Below, piece after piece: positions 18,126 through 27,336 of a stretch of 64,000 nt of DNA (position 1 is the first letter of the stretch; each line of letters starts with the position of its first letter). Position numbers and translations under genes: made by a program. This DNA comes from Candidatus Woesearchaeota archaeon (GTDB taxonomy: Archaea > Nanobdellota > Nanobdellia > Woesearchaeales > UBA10216): contig NZCN01000012.1 in assembly GCA_002688315.1 (NCBI GenBank), positions 57,830 through 121,829 of the forward strand. Reading direction: 5' to 3'. Under the pieces are notes generated by a model. The model ran no database searches and was not told where the DNA came from. It saw nothing but the letters and a program-made list of their open reading frames with translations.

Positions 18126-21100
18126 TTATTCAACGATAATGTTCACGTTTTGATGGTCTGATAGTTGTCCATCAAAGACTCTGATGTTTATTGTGTATTC
18201 GCCAGCACGCAATCCTTGTATGCTGAACTTGTTTTCATCCTGAACAAACCAGGAGTTACTGATAGAAAACGTTAACTCATTATCATCACTATTATCTTCG
18301 TTTTCATTATCTGGATCTGTTGCAGCAGCAACAATCGTAACTGGCTCGCCTTCTGTTACAATTATTTCTTCTAAAGGCTCAAGAATAGGCGCTCTATTGG
18401 TGTTTAAGACTTCCACATTAAAGTTGTGTGAAGCGCTTTTACCAAACCTGTCGCTAACATTAATGTAGAATTCATGAGTTCCAGATGAATCATAATCCGG
18501 AGAGTATTCGAAAACATCTTTACTTGATACCCATCCGTCATCCACGTACCAGTTGTAATAAATGGAAGCGTCATCTGGGTGAATGGCATTAATAGTCAAG
18601 TTTCTACTCACGCCTTCTCTGATTGTGAAATTCTGTGGACCGTACAATATTTTGGGCGCTTGGTTAACATTGCCAACTTCTATTTCTACCACCACGTAAT
18701 CTTTCAAACCGTGCTCATCGCTAACGATAAGCTTCATATGGTGTTTACCTCTTGAATTAAAATCAGGAGTGTAAATGTAAGAGCTTTCTAACCCGACAGT
18801 TCGTCCATCCAGCAACCAACGATACCTTGCTTCATCGTCCTCATCAGAATCATTAACTACTGCAGAAAACTCAATGCTTTCACCTTCATCAAGGCTAACT
18901 GGACCTTCAGGAAGTACAGATTCAATTTCCGGAGGTCTGTTAATGTTTCTTATAAGTAAACGACGATTGTAAGTTCGCTCTAATTCTCCATCCGAGACTA
19001 CAACTGTAATGTTATGTTCTCCGTTGGAAAGATAGTCAAAATAATATTCCATTGTTGATTCATCAGAGGTAAGTTCGGTATCAACATACCACTTGTATGT
19101 AATAATATCCTGGTCAAAATCATAAGCATTTACAGAAAAATTTATGGTTTGATCTTCGATTAGAGGCGTTGAGGATGTAGCAAAAATGCCGTTAATTTTT
19201 GGCGCTATGTTCACATTTGAAACAGTAAGTTCCCACTCTTTACTTACAGTATATTCAGAGTCAGAGACTTCAACTTTAATATCATAAGTGCCTGTTGAAC
19301 GGAAATGTGTTTTGTGAAGGTAGGAATCAGAAGATACTCTTCGTTCTCCGTCAACATACCAATTAATTGTTAAGGTTTCATCATCAACGTCAGATGCTGT
19401 TACTGTAAACTGTTGTTTCTGACTTTCTTTGATATTGATATAATCCATATCATTAAGTGACTGAACGCCAAATCCATCTCCGCCTACATCAACTTGTTTT
19501 GGGAAATATTCATCTATGACTGGAGGATCGTTAACTGGTGTAACAGTAACTGAAATTTCATTGTCAGTGCTATCTTCTCCATCATCAGCAGTTAGCGTAA
19601 CTGTTGTTACGCCATTATAATTTTCAGGAGGTATCCAAGAAAGTGTTCCTTCAGAATCTATACTGAAAGATTCGTCGTTTACAGAATAACTTAATGAATC
19701 TCCATCAAGATCGATTGCAATAGTATCATAAACTAATGAAGAGTCTTCTAATATAGATGGGCCTTGAGGCATAACATTCCAGAGAGGAACTCTATTTACA
19801 TTATTAACAACCACTGTAAACTCTTGCGAATCTATGAATTCTCCGTCGCTAACTTCAACCTCAATAAGGTATTCTCCACTATCTTCGTAAGTAGGATTAA
19901 ATTCAAAAGTTGGTCCAATTTCAACTGGTTCATCATTCACACTCCAAGCAACACTAATAGCTTCTCCTTCATCATCACTTACAGATGAGAAGAATGTTTT
20001 GGTTTCTTCTTCATTCATGATTAAACCAGCAGGCTCAACCATAACAGCTGTAATTACAGATGGCCTGTTTACATTAAGTACTAAAACTGTAACTTGTTTT
20101 GAATCTGTTAAATCGCCATCAGATACTTCAATTGAGATTGTATGTTCGCCAGCATCATCAAAACTAGGAGAATATGTAAACGTGCTTGTTGTTGAAGTTT
20201 CAACATCATTAATTTTCCAACTATAACTCAATTCTTCATTATCTAGATCAGAAGCAACAACAGTAAACTCTTGCGAACCGCCTTCATTCATAATCAAACC
20301 AGCAGTATGAGACGTTATAACAGGCGGCCGGTTAACGTTAACTACTGTAATGTTTACTTGCTCATAATCATATACTAAGCCATCAGAAACATTGAATGTA
20401 AAATAGTATGTTCCTGATTGTGCAAATGTAGGAGTCCAGTCAAATGTAGCAGTGCTGTTATCATAGGTTGCTCCTTCTGGCAATCCAGTTGCATTATAAA
20501 ATAGCAAATCTCCTTCGTTATCAGTAGCAGATACTGTGAAACTTAATTGGTTGGTTTCATCAACACTTTTATTTCCAATAAAATCCATGACAGGAGGAGT
20601 GTTGCAAACTCTATTTTCATCAATCAAACCATTACAATTGTCATCTATCTGATTGCAAATTTCAATCACATCTGGATTAATCAAACCATCCTCATCATTG
20701 CAATCTAATCCACCAGTACATCCCAGAGGTAAGTATGTATCTCCGTCAAAATCTGTGCATTGTTCCAACGCAACAGAGTGGCTAAGCCCTGTAATAATGA
20801 ATTGATCATGCTCTTGCAGGTAACAAGACAAAGAATCCTCATCAATTGTTGACAAAAGATTTAACTCACAGTTCAACAAATTTTCATGTTCACCAGTACA
20901 ATCAGAACTAACTTCTGTGATTGAAGAAACTTCAGCGTCTTTTACGCAAACCGCATTTGAACCTGAACTTAATCGGTCAACGTAAACTGATTTTTTACCT
21001 CCTCCTAAATCCAATCCTTTAACTAATGTGAAACCATCTGAATCATCATTTTTTTGTTTGTCTATTGTTAAATTCTTTAAGTAAACTCTTTTTTTGCTGA

Positions 21101-24100
21101 AATTATGACTGAATTCAATAAGGCGTTTATTGCTGTTGTTAATTTTTACTCTTTTCATACCTATTCCATCTAAATCATTTCTAATCTTTATTCTAATATC
21201 CTTATCATCACCTTTAAATTCTATGTCATCATCATTTCCAATAAGATCGTCCTCATCATCATCAACACCATCATTATCCCAATCATCATCTACACAGTCA
21301 GCAACACCATCTCCTTCGTAATCATCAAAGTCTTCGTCAACAGTCCCATCACAGTTATTATCTAAAGCATCACACGTGTTTTCATTGACTTCATATGCAT
21401 TGTTATGGCTAATGTATACTGCTTCTGTGCAACCAAGCCATTCTCCATCTGAAGTGCAAACTTCAACAGAATCAGTACATACACCATCCTGTAATGCACA
21501 TAATTTTGTTTGACCAACTTCACAAGCTAATGTATCAAGAACAATTACAGTAAATTCAAGACTAGTTTCTGCTTCGCCATCACTAACTATTATTGTAAGA
21601 TTGTATGTGCCACTTTCATTGTATTTTGGACTGAAAGCAAATTCTGTTGTTGTTGAAACAATCACGCCATCAAGAAGCCATTTGTATGTCAAAAGATCTC
21701 CATCAGGATCTGAAGCAATAATACTGAAAGTTTTTGTTTCACCTTCGTTCAGTGTTATAGCTATAGCGTCTGTGTCAACTCCTTCTAAACTTACAATTGG
21801 CGGGCTATTTAAAGCTTCATTAACAATAATTTCAACTACTTCAGAGGTGTTTAACCTGCCATCAGATACAGTAGCATTAACAAGATATGTGCCTGCATCT
21901 GTGTTAGTTGTTTGCCATTCAAAGAAGTTAACTATTGAATCGCTGTTAACATTACAAACACCAAAACAATCAATGCAATTTTCAGGAACTACACACATAA
22001 GCCCATCTTCACATTGTTTGCCCATAATTCCTCCACATTCACCCACGCCATCCACTAATCCATCAGAAGTTTTAAATCTAGTATCATTTAAGGTAACAGT
22101 CAAATCATTGTCCCCATCATCAGAAGCTTCAACGCGTATATTGACCATTTCGTTTTCATTAACAACAAAATCGCCTGAAATTTTTAGAATCTCTGGTGCT
22201 TTGTTAAGTATAGTTAGCCATTCAACTGTGTTAAGGATAAGATCTTTGCGAACATCATTATCAGTTACAGCATCAACAGAGAATCCATAATAAACTGTTT
22301 TTTTATCAACAACAGAATTAGTTGTTATTGCAGCAGCTCCGTTTTCCCAATTAGCAACTACATCTCCAGTTACTGCTTCAACTTCATCAGGATAAGGAGA
22401 TTTGTCTTTGTCTATTGTTATTGAAGTTATTCCATCAACAATAAAATGCTCGTTTAAAGTAAGCGTTGTAGTTTCTATAAGCATATCCTGACCAAATACA
22501 CTGCCGCTTAATGTTTCAAGCAGAACATCATCTCCAAGATCCATTGCTAAATCGCTTCCTTCTATAAGCAATCTTTGACTGTAGCCAGAAAGCAATGATT
22601 TATCTTCGTTGCTAAGTACATTATCAAAATAATCGCCAGCGCTCCATATCACTAATGGGAAAGTCTCTAAATGATCCAGAGAAGGCGGGCCTTGTTGTGT
22701 TTCGTCCCACGTATCAACGCAATATCCTTCTGTTTTCAAAACATCGATAAATTCGTTCGCACTGCTAGGATTTTCAGTTGAATAAAATTCCGCATCATTA
22801 TCATTTACCACAAGAATCTTTTCTTTACTGCATAAATAAATCTGCTCTTGCAATTCGTTATTGGATTCATTAAATTCTACTATGGCATTATCTGGATCTG
22901 CAACAATTTTTAAATTGTATGTTCCTTTATCTGAAGGTAATTCGAGATTAATCGTCTTCTCTTTTCCTATGCCAAGATCAAAATTTTTCTGAGATGTTTC
23001 TACATCATCAATGTAAACTTTAAACAAAGATGTTACTGTTGTTCCACCCATATTGGAAACATTAACATCTAAAACAATAGCTGCTAAGTTCTCATCATAT
23101 TTGTAAGACATGCCAGAAATCAAAAGATCTGACTCACTTGGGTAAACTATTAAATCATATTCAGCAAGATTATTAAGATAATTATTTTCACTTATAGAAA
23201 AATCATTATTTGCAATTACTTGAACTGTGTGCAGCCCTTTATTCAAAGTAAGCGTTGACAAGTAAGAGTATTCGTTTTCATTAACAAGGTCTGAAACAGC
23301 AGTTACTTCAATTCCATCTACAAGTATTTCAATAGCAGGAGTTGTTTGCAACTGCTCTGTGCTTTCAATGAAAGTAAACATATTGAAAGGCTGATTTTCA
23401 ATAGGAATAGTTAAAGAGTTTTGTTGAGCTTCTGCTTCGCATTCTTCTTCAGTATCAAAAGCACTAGTGTCGCAAGCACTTCCACATTCGTTAAAACTGC
23501 AAACACCGTCTTCTAGTTGCCATTTAGCAACGCACATCATAATACAAAAACCATCCGTGGACACTGTATCTTCAGCAGAATTTTTATATTCAATTTTTGA
23601 AGGTGTTATGTCAACAGAATTTTCTTCCAGCAACCAATTTAAAGAATTTGAAGCCAAAGTGCTTCTTTCTGTTTCTTCTAAAGCGTTAATGCTAAATGGC
23701 AAGAACAATGATTTCTTCTGCTCATCTTCATAAGCTACGATAGCAGAGCCAGTCGTATCCAAACCAGTCCATTCAGCAAGTTCAACACTTCCATTATAAG
23801 CACGAATTGAATCAGGGAATGGGTTTAAAGTTTCGTTGAATAATAATAGATTTTGCAATCCACTTATTAACGGATGACTTCTTGTTATATTTACCTTTAA
23901 CTGTTCTAATTCAGTGGTTGATGTAACACTAAATCCTAAATCAGTTCCTAGTTCAGAATGAAGTACTGTTTGCATTAATTCATTGTTCTGATGCTTAAAT
24001 GCGACATCACTTCCTTCAACAATCACTTTTCCTTTTTTATCATAATAATCAATTAATGCTGCAGCATCATTTTCGTCAATGTTAGCTAAATCTGTTCCAG

Positions 24101-26567
24101 TTGTCCAAATAACAGCATCGAAATTTTCCAAATAATTGTTTGGAGGAGTTCCACTAACACTTCTGTTAAGTACAGACAAACAAACATTGCTGCTGGTTGC
24201 TTCTTCAAAAACTGATACATCGTCATATGTTTTTGCAACAAGAACATCTTTCCCACTACAGTCAAGTGCATCAAATCGGAAGAAATCACTAGTTACACAA
24301 TTATCGTATTCGTCGCAAGCATTAAACTTCGTTTCAAATTTATCTCCAAACTGGAAAAAATCATCATATATGGTGATTGCAAAGTCTGTTTCAACACCGA
24401 GTTCAGAAAAGGTTTCTACAGTGTAATTAACGTCTATGGTTGTAGGAGATATGGCAATACAAAGATCTGCTCCTGATGCTGGACAAGGAGCAACATATGT
24501 TTGTGTATCCAAACTTATTTTAAGTAATTCTCCAGACTCTTTAAGTTTAACAAAAAAGACTTGTGGATTTTTCTTCATAATTTGCTGAGTGTACTTAACC
24601 TCCACAATCTCAGGAGCCAAATCATCAATAACAGTAATGTTGGTCTCATTAATTAAACTTCCAACACCGTAATCTGTTAAAATCCTAATAGTGTAATTGC
24701 CTGGAAGAACTTCCAGCTCACTATCTACATTTATTGTTGAAGTTGAATCTGCAGCAACATTAACAGAGGGCAGTCTTATTTCTTGGGCAAATTCTTCTGA
24801 GTTGTTTTTAATCAATTGCAAAATTATCGAGATATCAAGGGGAGTGGTTGCTGTGTTTCTGAAATTCAAACTTCCAACAAGGTTATTGCTAAGTGACTGT
24901 TGCTCATTTATATTTATAGCTTCAACGTTTCCAAAATCTCCAGCAGGAAGAACAACTCTAAAATCATTTGAGTAAAATGCAGTCTTTTCTAAAGGAGCAT
25001 CAGAGCCATCAGAACTTTGAAGTGAAGGTTGATAAGTTATATCAATATCAAAAGAATAAGATCCAAGAGCTGATGTATCCGAATAAACATATGAATAATG
25101 ATTCGTATCCACTTTATTTAATGTAAAGCTCACTTGACTATTGTCAGGTTTTGTTATTTTTCCAACAACTTTAACTATTGGGATGTTGTCAAATATTTGA
25201 ACTTCTAAAGTTTGCGTATCATCTTTGTTTATCTGACTTGCCGAGTTCACTGTAAATTCAATGTTTGAATAAAAATTCAAAGCACCACTAAGATCAAGCA
25301 TACCAGCGCCATAACTTGTATCCTTTCCTGAAGAACCCAAATCAACACTTGTGCTTTCAAGAACATGTTTTACATCTGCAGGAGTAAGTTCAGGTTTTCT
25401 TTGAAGAAGCAAAGCAACTGCTCCTGAAACATGCGGAGCTGCCATTGAAGTTCCACTTTTAGATATGTAATTAGAATTTGGAATAGAACTAATTATATCA
25501 ACTCCAGGCGCGGTAATATCTGGCTTGATTCCAACATCATCAATGCTGCCACCGCTTGAAAAACAAGCCACTTGCTTATTTTTGTCAACAGCCCCTACAC
25601 TTATAGCGTCTGGAGAACTTCCAGGGCTGGTAATGCCTCTATAAGAACCGCATTTACCGGAAGGGCAACCGTTACCACAATTACCGCTTGAAACAACCAC
25701 AACAACGCCGTTATCAACTGCACCTTTTATGGCATCGTTCAAAGCTACGTCAATAAGCTTGTTAACGCCTAAGCTCATACTAATGATATCGGCACCATCA
25801 TCTGTTCCAGGATTATTATCAGGATCAATAGCCCAATCAATAGCAGAAATTATCCATGAAGTGCTTCCGAAACCAGTGCTATCTGCTATTACTTTTGCAT
25901 TAAGCAATTTCACTTCTGGAGCAACACCTGAATAAGAACCACCGTTCGCAGTAGTTCCGGCTATTATACCAGCAACATGAGTTCCATGACTGCTTATGTC
26001 ATTAGCACTACCTGAACTTGAGAAATCTCTTTCAGCAACAACTTTTCCAGAAAGCATTGGATGATTTTTATCAATACCAGAATCAATAACAGCAACTTTT
26101 ACTCCATTTCCTTTGTAACCAGCATCCCAAAAAGTGTTTGCATTAATTAACGGAACACTATCAACAAGCAAAGGATAATACTCATAATTAGGATAAATTT
26201 TAACAATTTCTTCTTCATCTGCAAGATTAGATATTTTATCAACAGATATTTCAACTTCAACAAATTTCAGTTCAGCAATTTCAGCAGTGTTTTTTATCTT
26301 TCCTTTTGATTTTTTAATTTCAGACTCAACATCAACAGTAGACCTTACAAGAACAGTAATTTTTTCCTTCTTTTCAACAACACTCTCGATAATTTGCTTC
26401 TTAACTTCAGGAGACACTTTTTCATCATAAGCAACAGCATTATAAGCATCCAAAGAAACGCTAGGTTTATCACTCTCGCCAATTGGAAGGAAAGAAACAG
26501 CTAACAACAGAGACAGAGTTATGAGTAAGGCGATGGATGCACGTTCTGTAATTTTCCATTTATTCAT
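18126..26567 (-). CDS. giant secreted subtilisin-like (S8) protease fused to about 2300 aa of adhesin-type domains (2813 aa)
   Basis: Signal peptide and I9-like propeptide. Catalytic triad motifs VAVIDSGID, HGTHVAGII and GTSMAAPHVSG. CARDB-like segments, Cys-rich and Asp-rich calcium-binding-type motifs (DNNCDGTVDEDFDD...). At least 10 C-terminal Ig/PKD/cadherin-like repeats of about 95 aa. Confidence 0.9.
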   Translation of the reverse strand: MNKWKITERASIALLITLSLLLAVSFLPIGESDKPSVSLDAYNAVAYDEKVSPEVKKQIIESVVEKKEKITVLVRSTVDVESEIKKSKGKIKNTAEIAELKFVEVEISVDKISNLADEEEIVKIYPNYEYYPLLVDSVPLINANTFWDAGYKGNGVKVAVIDSGIDKNHPMLSGKVVAERDFSSSGSANDISSHGTHVAGIIAGTTANGGSYSGVAPEVKLLNAKVIADSTGFGSTSWIISAIDWAIDPDNNPGTDDGADIISMSLGVNKLIDVALNDAIKGAVDNGVVVVVSSGNCGNGCPSGKCGSYRGITSPGSSPDAISVGAVDKNKQVACFSSGGSIDDVGIKPDITAPGVDIISSIPNSNYISKSGTSMAAPHVSGAVALLLQRKPELTPADVKHVLESTSVDLGSSGKDTSYGAGMLDLSGALNFYSNIEFTVNSASQINKDDTQTLEVQIFDNIPIVKVVGKITKPDNSQVSFTLNKVDTNHYSYVYSDTSALGSYSFDIDITYQPSLQSSDGSDAPLEKTAFYSNDFRVVLPAGDFGNVEAININEQQSLSNNLVGSLNFRNTATTPLDISIILQLIKNNSEEFAQEIRLPSVNVAADSTSTINVDSELEVLPGNYTIRILTDYGVGSLINETNITVIDDLAPEIVEVKYTQQIMKKNPQVFFVKLKESGELLKISLDTQTYVAPCPASGADLCIAISPTTIDVNYTVETFSELGVETDFAITIYDDFFQFGDKFETKFNACDEYDNCVTSDFFRFDALDCSGKDVLVAKTYDDVSVFEEATSSNVCLSVLNRSVSGTPPNNYLENFDAVIWTTGTDLANIDENDAAALIDYYDKKGKVIVEGSDVAFKHQNNELMQTVLHSELGTDLGFSVTSTTELEQLKVNITRSHPLISGLQNLLLFNETLNPFPDSIRAYNGSVELAEWTGLDTTGSAIVAYEDEQKKSLFLPFSINALEETERSTLASNSLNWLLEENSVDITPSKIEYKNSAEDTVSTDGFCIMMCVAKWQLEDGVCSFNECGSACDTSAFDTEEECEAEAQQNSLTIPIENQPFNMFTFIESTEQLQTTPAIEILVDGIEVTAVSDLVNENEYSYLSTLTLNKGLHTVQVIANNDFSISENNYLNNLAEYDLIVYPSESDLLISGMSYKYDENLAAIVLDVNVSNMGGTTVTSLFKVYIDDVETSQKNFDLGIGKEKTINLELPSDKGTYNLKIVADPDNAIVEFNESNNELQEQIYLCSKEKILVVNDNDAEFYSTENPSSANEFIDVLKTEGYCVDTWDETQQGPPSLDHLETFPLVIWSAGDYFDNVLSNEDKSLLSGYSQRLLIEGSDLAMDLGDDVLLETLSGSVFGQDMLIETTTLTLNEHFIVDGITSITIDKDKSPYPDEVEAVTGDVVANWENGAAAITTNSVVDKKTVYYGFSVDAVTDNDVRKDLILNTVEWLTILNKAPEILKISGDFVVNENEMVNIRVEASDDGDNDLTVTLNDTRFKTSDGLVDGVGECGGIMGKQCEDGLMCVVPENCIDCFGVCNVNSDSIVNFFEWQTTNTDAGTYLVNATVSDGRLNTSEVVEIIVNEALNSPPIVSLEGVDTDAIAITLNEGETKTFSIIASDPDGDLLTYKWLLDGVIVSTTTEFAFSPKYNESGTYNLTIIVSDGEAETSLEFTVIVLDTLACEVGQTKLCALQDGVCTDSVEVCTSDGEWLGCTEAVYISHNNAYEVNENTCDALDNNCDGTVDEDFDDYEGDGVADCVDDDWDNDGVDDDEDDLIGNDDDIEFKGDDKDIRIKIRNDLDGIGMKRVKINNSNKRLIEFSHNFSKKRVYLKNLTIDKQKNDDSDGFTLVKGLDLGGGKKSVYVDRLSSGSNAVCVKDAEVSSITEVSSDCTGEHENLLNCELNLLSTIDEDSLSCYLQEHDQFIITGLSHSVALEQCTDFDGDTYLPLGCTGGLDCNDEDGLINPDVIEICNQIDDNCNGLIDENRVCNTPPVMDFIGNKSVDETNQLSFTVSATDNEGDLLFYNATGLPEGATYDNSTATFDWTPTFAQSGTYYFTFNVSDGLVYDYEQVNITVVNVNRPPVITSHTAGLIMNEGGSQEFTVVASDLDNEELSYSWKINDVETSTTSTFTYSPSFDDAGEHTISIEVSDGDLTDSKQVTVLVLNVNRPSVITAVMVEPAGLIMNEEETKTFFSSVSDDEGEAISVAWSVNDEPVEIGPTFEFNPTYEDSGEYLIEVEVSDGEFIDSQEFTVVVNNVNRVPLWNVMPQGPSILEDSSLVYDTIAIDLDGDSLSYSVNDESFSIDSEGTLSWIPPENYNGVTTVTLTADDGEDSTDNEISVTVTPVNDPPVIDEYFPKQVDVGGDGFGVQSLNDMDYINIKESQKQQFTVTASDVDDETLTINWYVDGERRVSSDSYLHKTHFRSTGTYDIKVEVSDSEYTVSKEWELTVSNVNIAPKINGIFATSSTPLIEDQTINFSVNAYDFDQDIITYKWYVDTELTSDESTMEYYFDYLSNGEHNITVVVSDGELERTYNRRLLIRNINRPPEIESVLPEGPVSLDEGESIEFSAVVNDSDEDDEARYRWLLDGRTVGLESSYIYTPDFNSRGKHHMKLIVSDEHGLKDYVVVEIEVGNVNQAPKILYGPQNFTIREGVSRNLTINAIHPDDASIYYNWYVDDGWVSSKDVFEYSPDYDSSGTHEFYINVSDRFGKSASHNFNVEVLNTNRAPILEPLEEIIVTEGEPVTIVAAATDPDNENEDNSDDNELTFSISNSWFVQDENKFSIQGLRAGEYTINIRVFDGQLSDHQNVNIIVE

Positions 26568-26586
26568 TTTAATTTATTGATTGTTA

Positions 26587-27336
26587 TCAGTTTACTCCTG
26601 ATTCTTCCGCATATTTTTCTGCCAGTCCTTCTTCAAGTTCCAAACCGCGCTTTCTAATTTCTTTACGAACAAAATAGCGTGGGTAAACTGCTTGCCAACT
26701 CTTTTTAAAAACACCTATACCGCCATCATCGCTTTCAACCATTTGTTCAGAATGTTTCTTTAATATGGCGACTAACTCACTTCTGCTCATCACTTTCTCA
26801 ATTTCAGCTAATTTGGCAACTATGTCGGTTCTATGAAAAAAATCATGTGAGAATTGCGCAGGGTTAAAGTCACCACTACCAAAAAGAGGAGGTTCAATGC
26901 AAAACAGGTAGGGGTTTTTATAATACTCTGCTTGGTCAGTGCACGGTCGTGTATTTTCTCTATCTGTATTTTGTTCTGTTGGTTCAGCAGTGCCAAAAAC
27001 AGGTTTAAGTTCTTTACAAGATGCGAAAAAAATGTCGTAAAACAATTTCTGGTTAGGACTTTCAGGATCATCATCCATTACATCTGTAGAAAATACCAAC
27101 CAAGAAGTTTTTCTTGCCTCATCAGAGCCTACACTTAAAATAAAAGGCATATAGCCATACTCTTTAACTCCATAAAAATATGATTTAATGAATACTTCAG
27201 CACCATATTTTGTAGCTTTTCCTATATCAACTTTATCTCCTAGCATCTTTCTAAGAACATTCAAAAAACCATCTAGTTTTCCCGAATAATCCTCTTCAAA
27301 AAACAACATAAAGTCTGTTTCATAACTCATTTTCAT
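26587..27336 (-). CDS. hypothetical cytoplasmic protein (249 aa), candidate immunity/partner of the upstream C-terminal module
   Basis: No signal peptide or TM. The ATG shares nt 27336 with the stop of the 1333-aa gene (TAATG). Confidence 0.7.
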   Translation of the reverse strand: MKMSYETDFMLFFEEDYSGKLDGFLNVLRKMLGDKVDIGKATKYGAEVFIKSYFYGVKEYGYMPFILSVGSDEARKTSWLVFSTDVMDDDPESPNQKLFYDIFFASCKELKPVFGTAEPTEQNTDRENTRPCTDQAEYYKNPYLFCIEPPLFGSGDFNPAQFSHDFFHRTDIVAKLAEIEKVMSRSELVAILKKHSEQMVESDDGGIGVFKKSWQAVYPRYFVRKEIRKRGLELEEGLAEKYAEESGVN

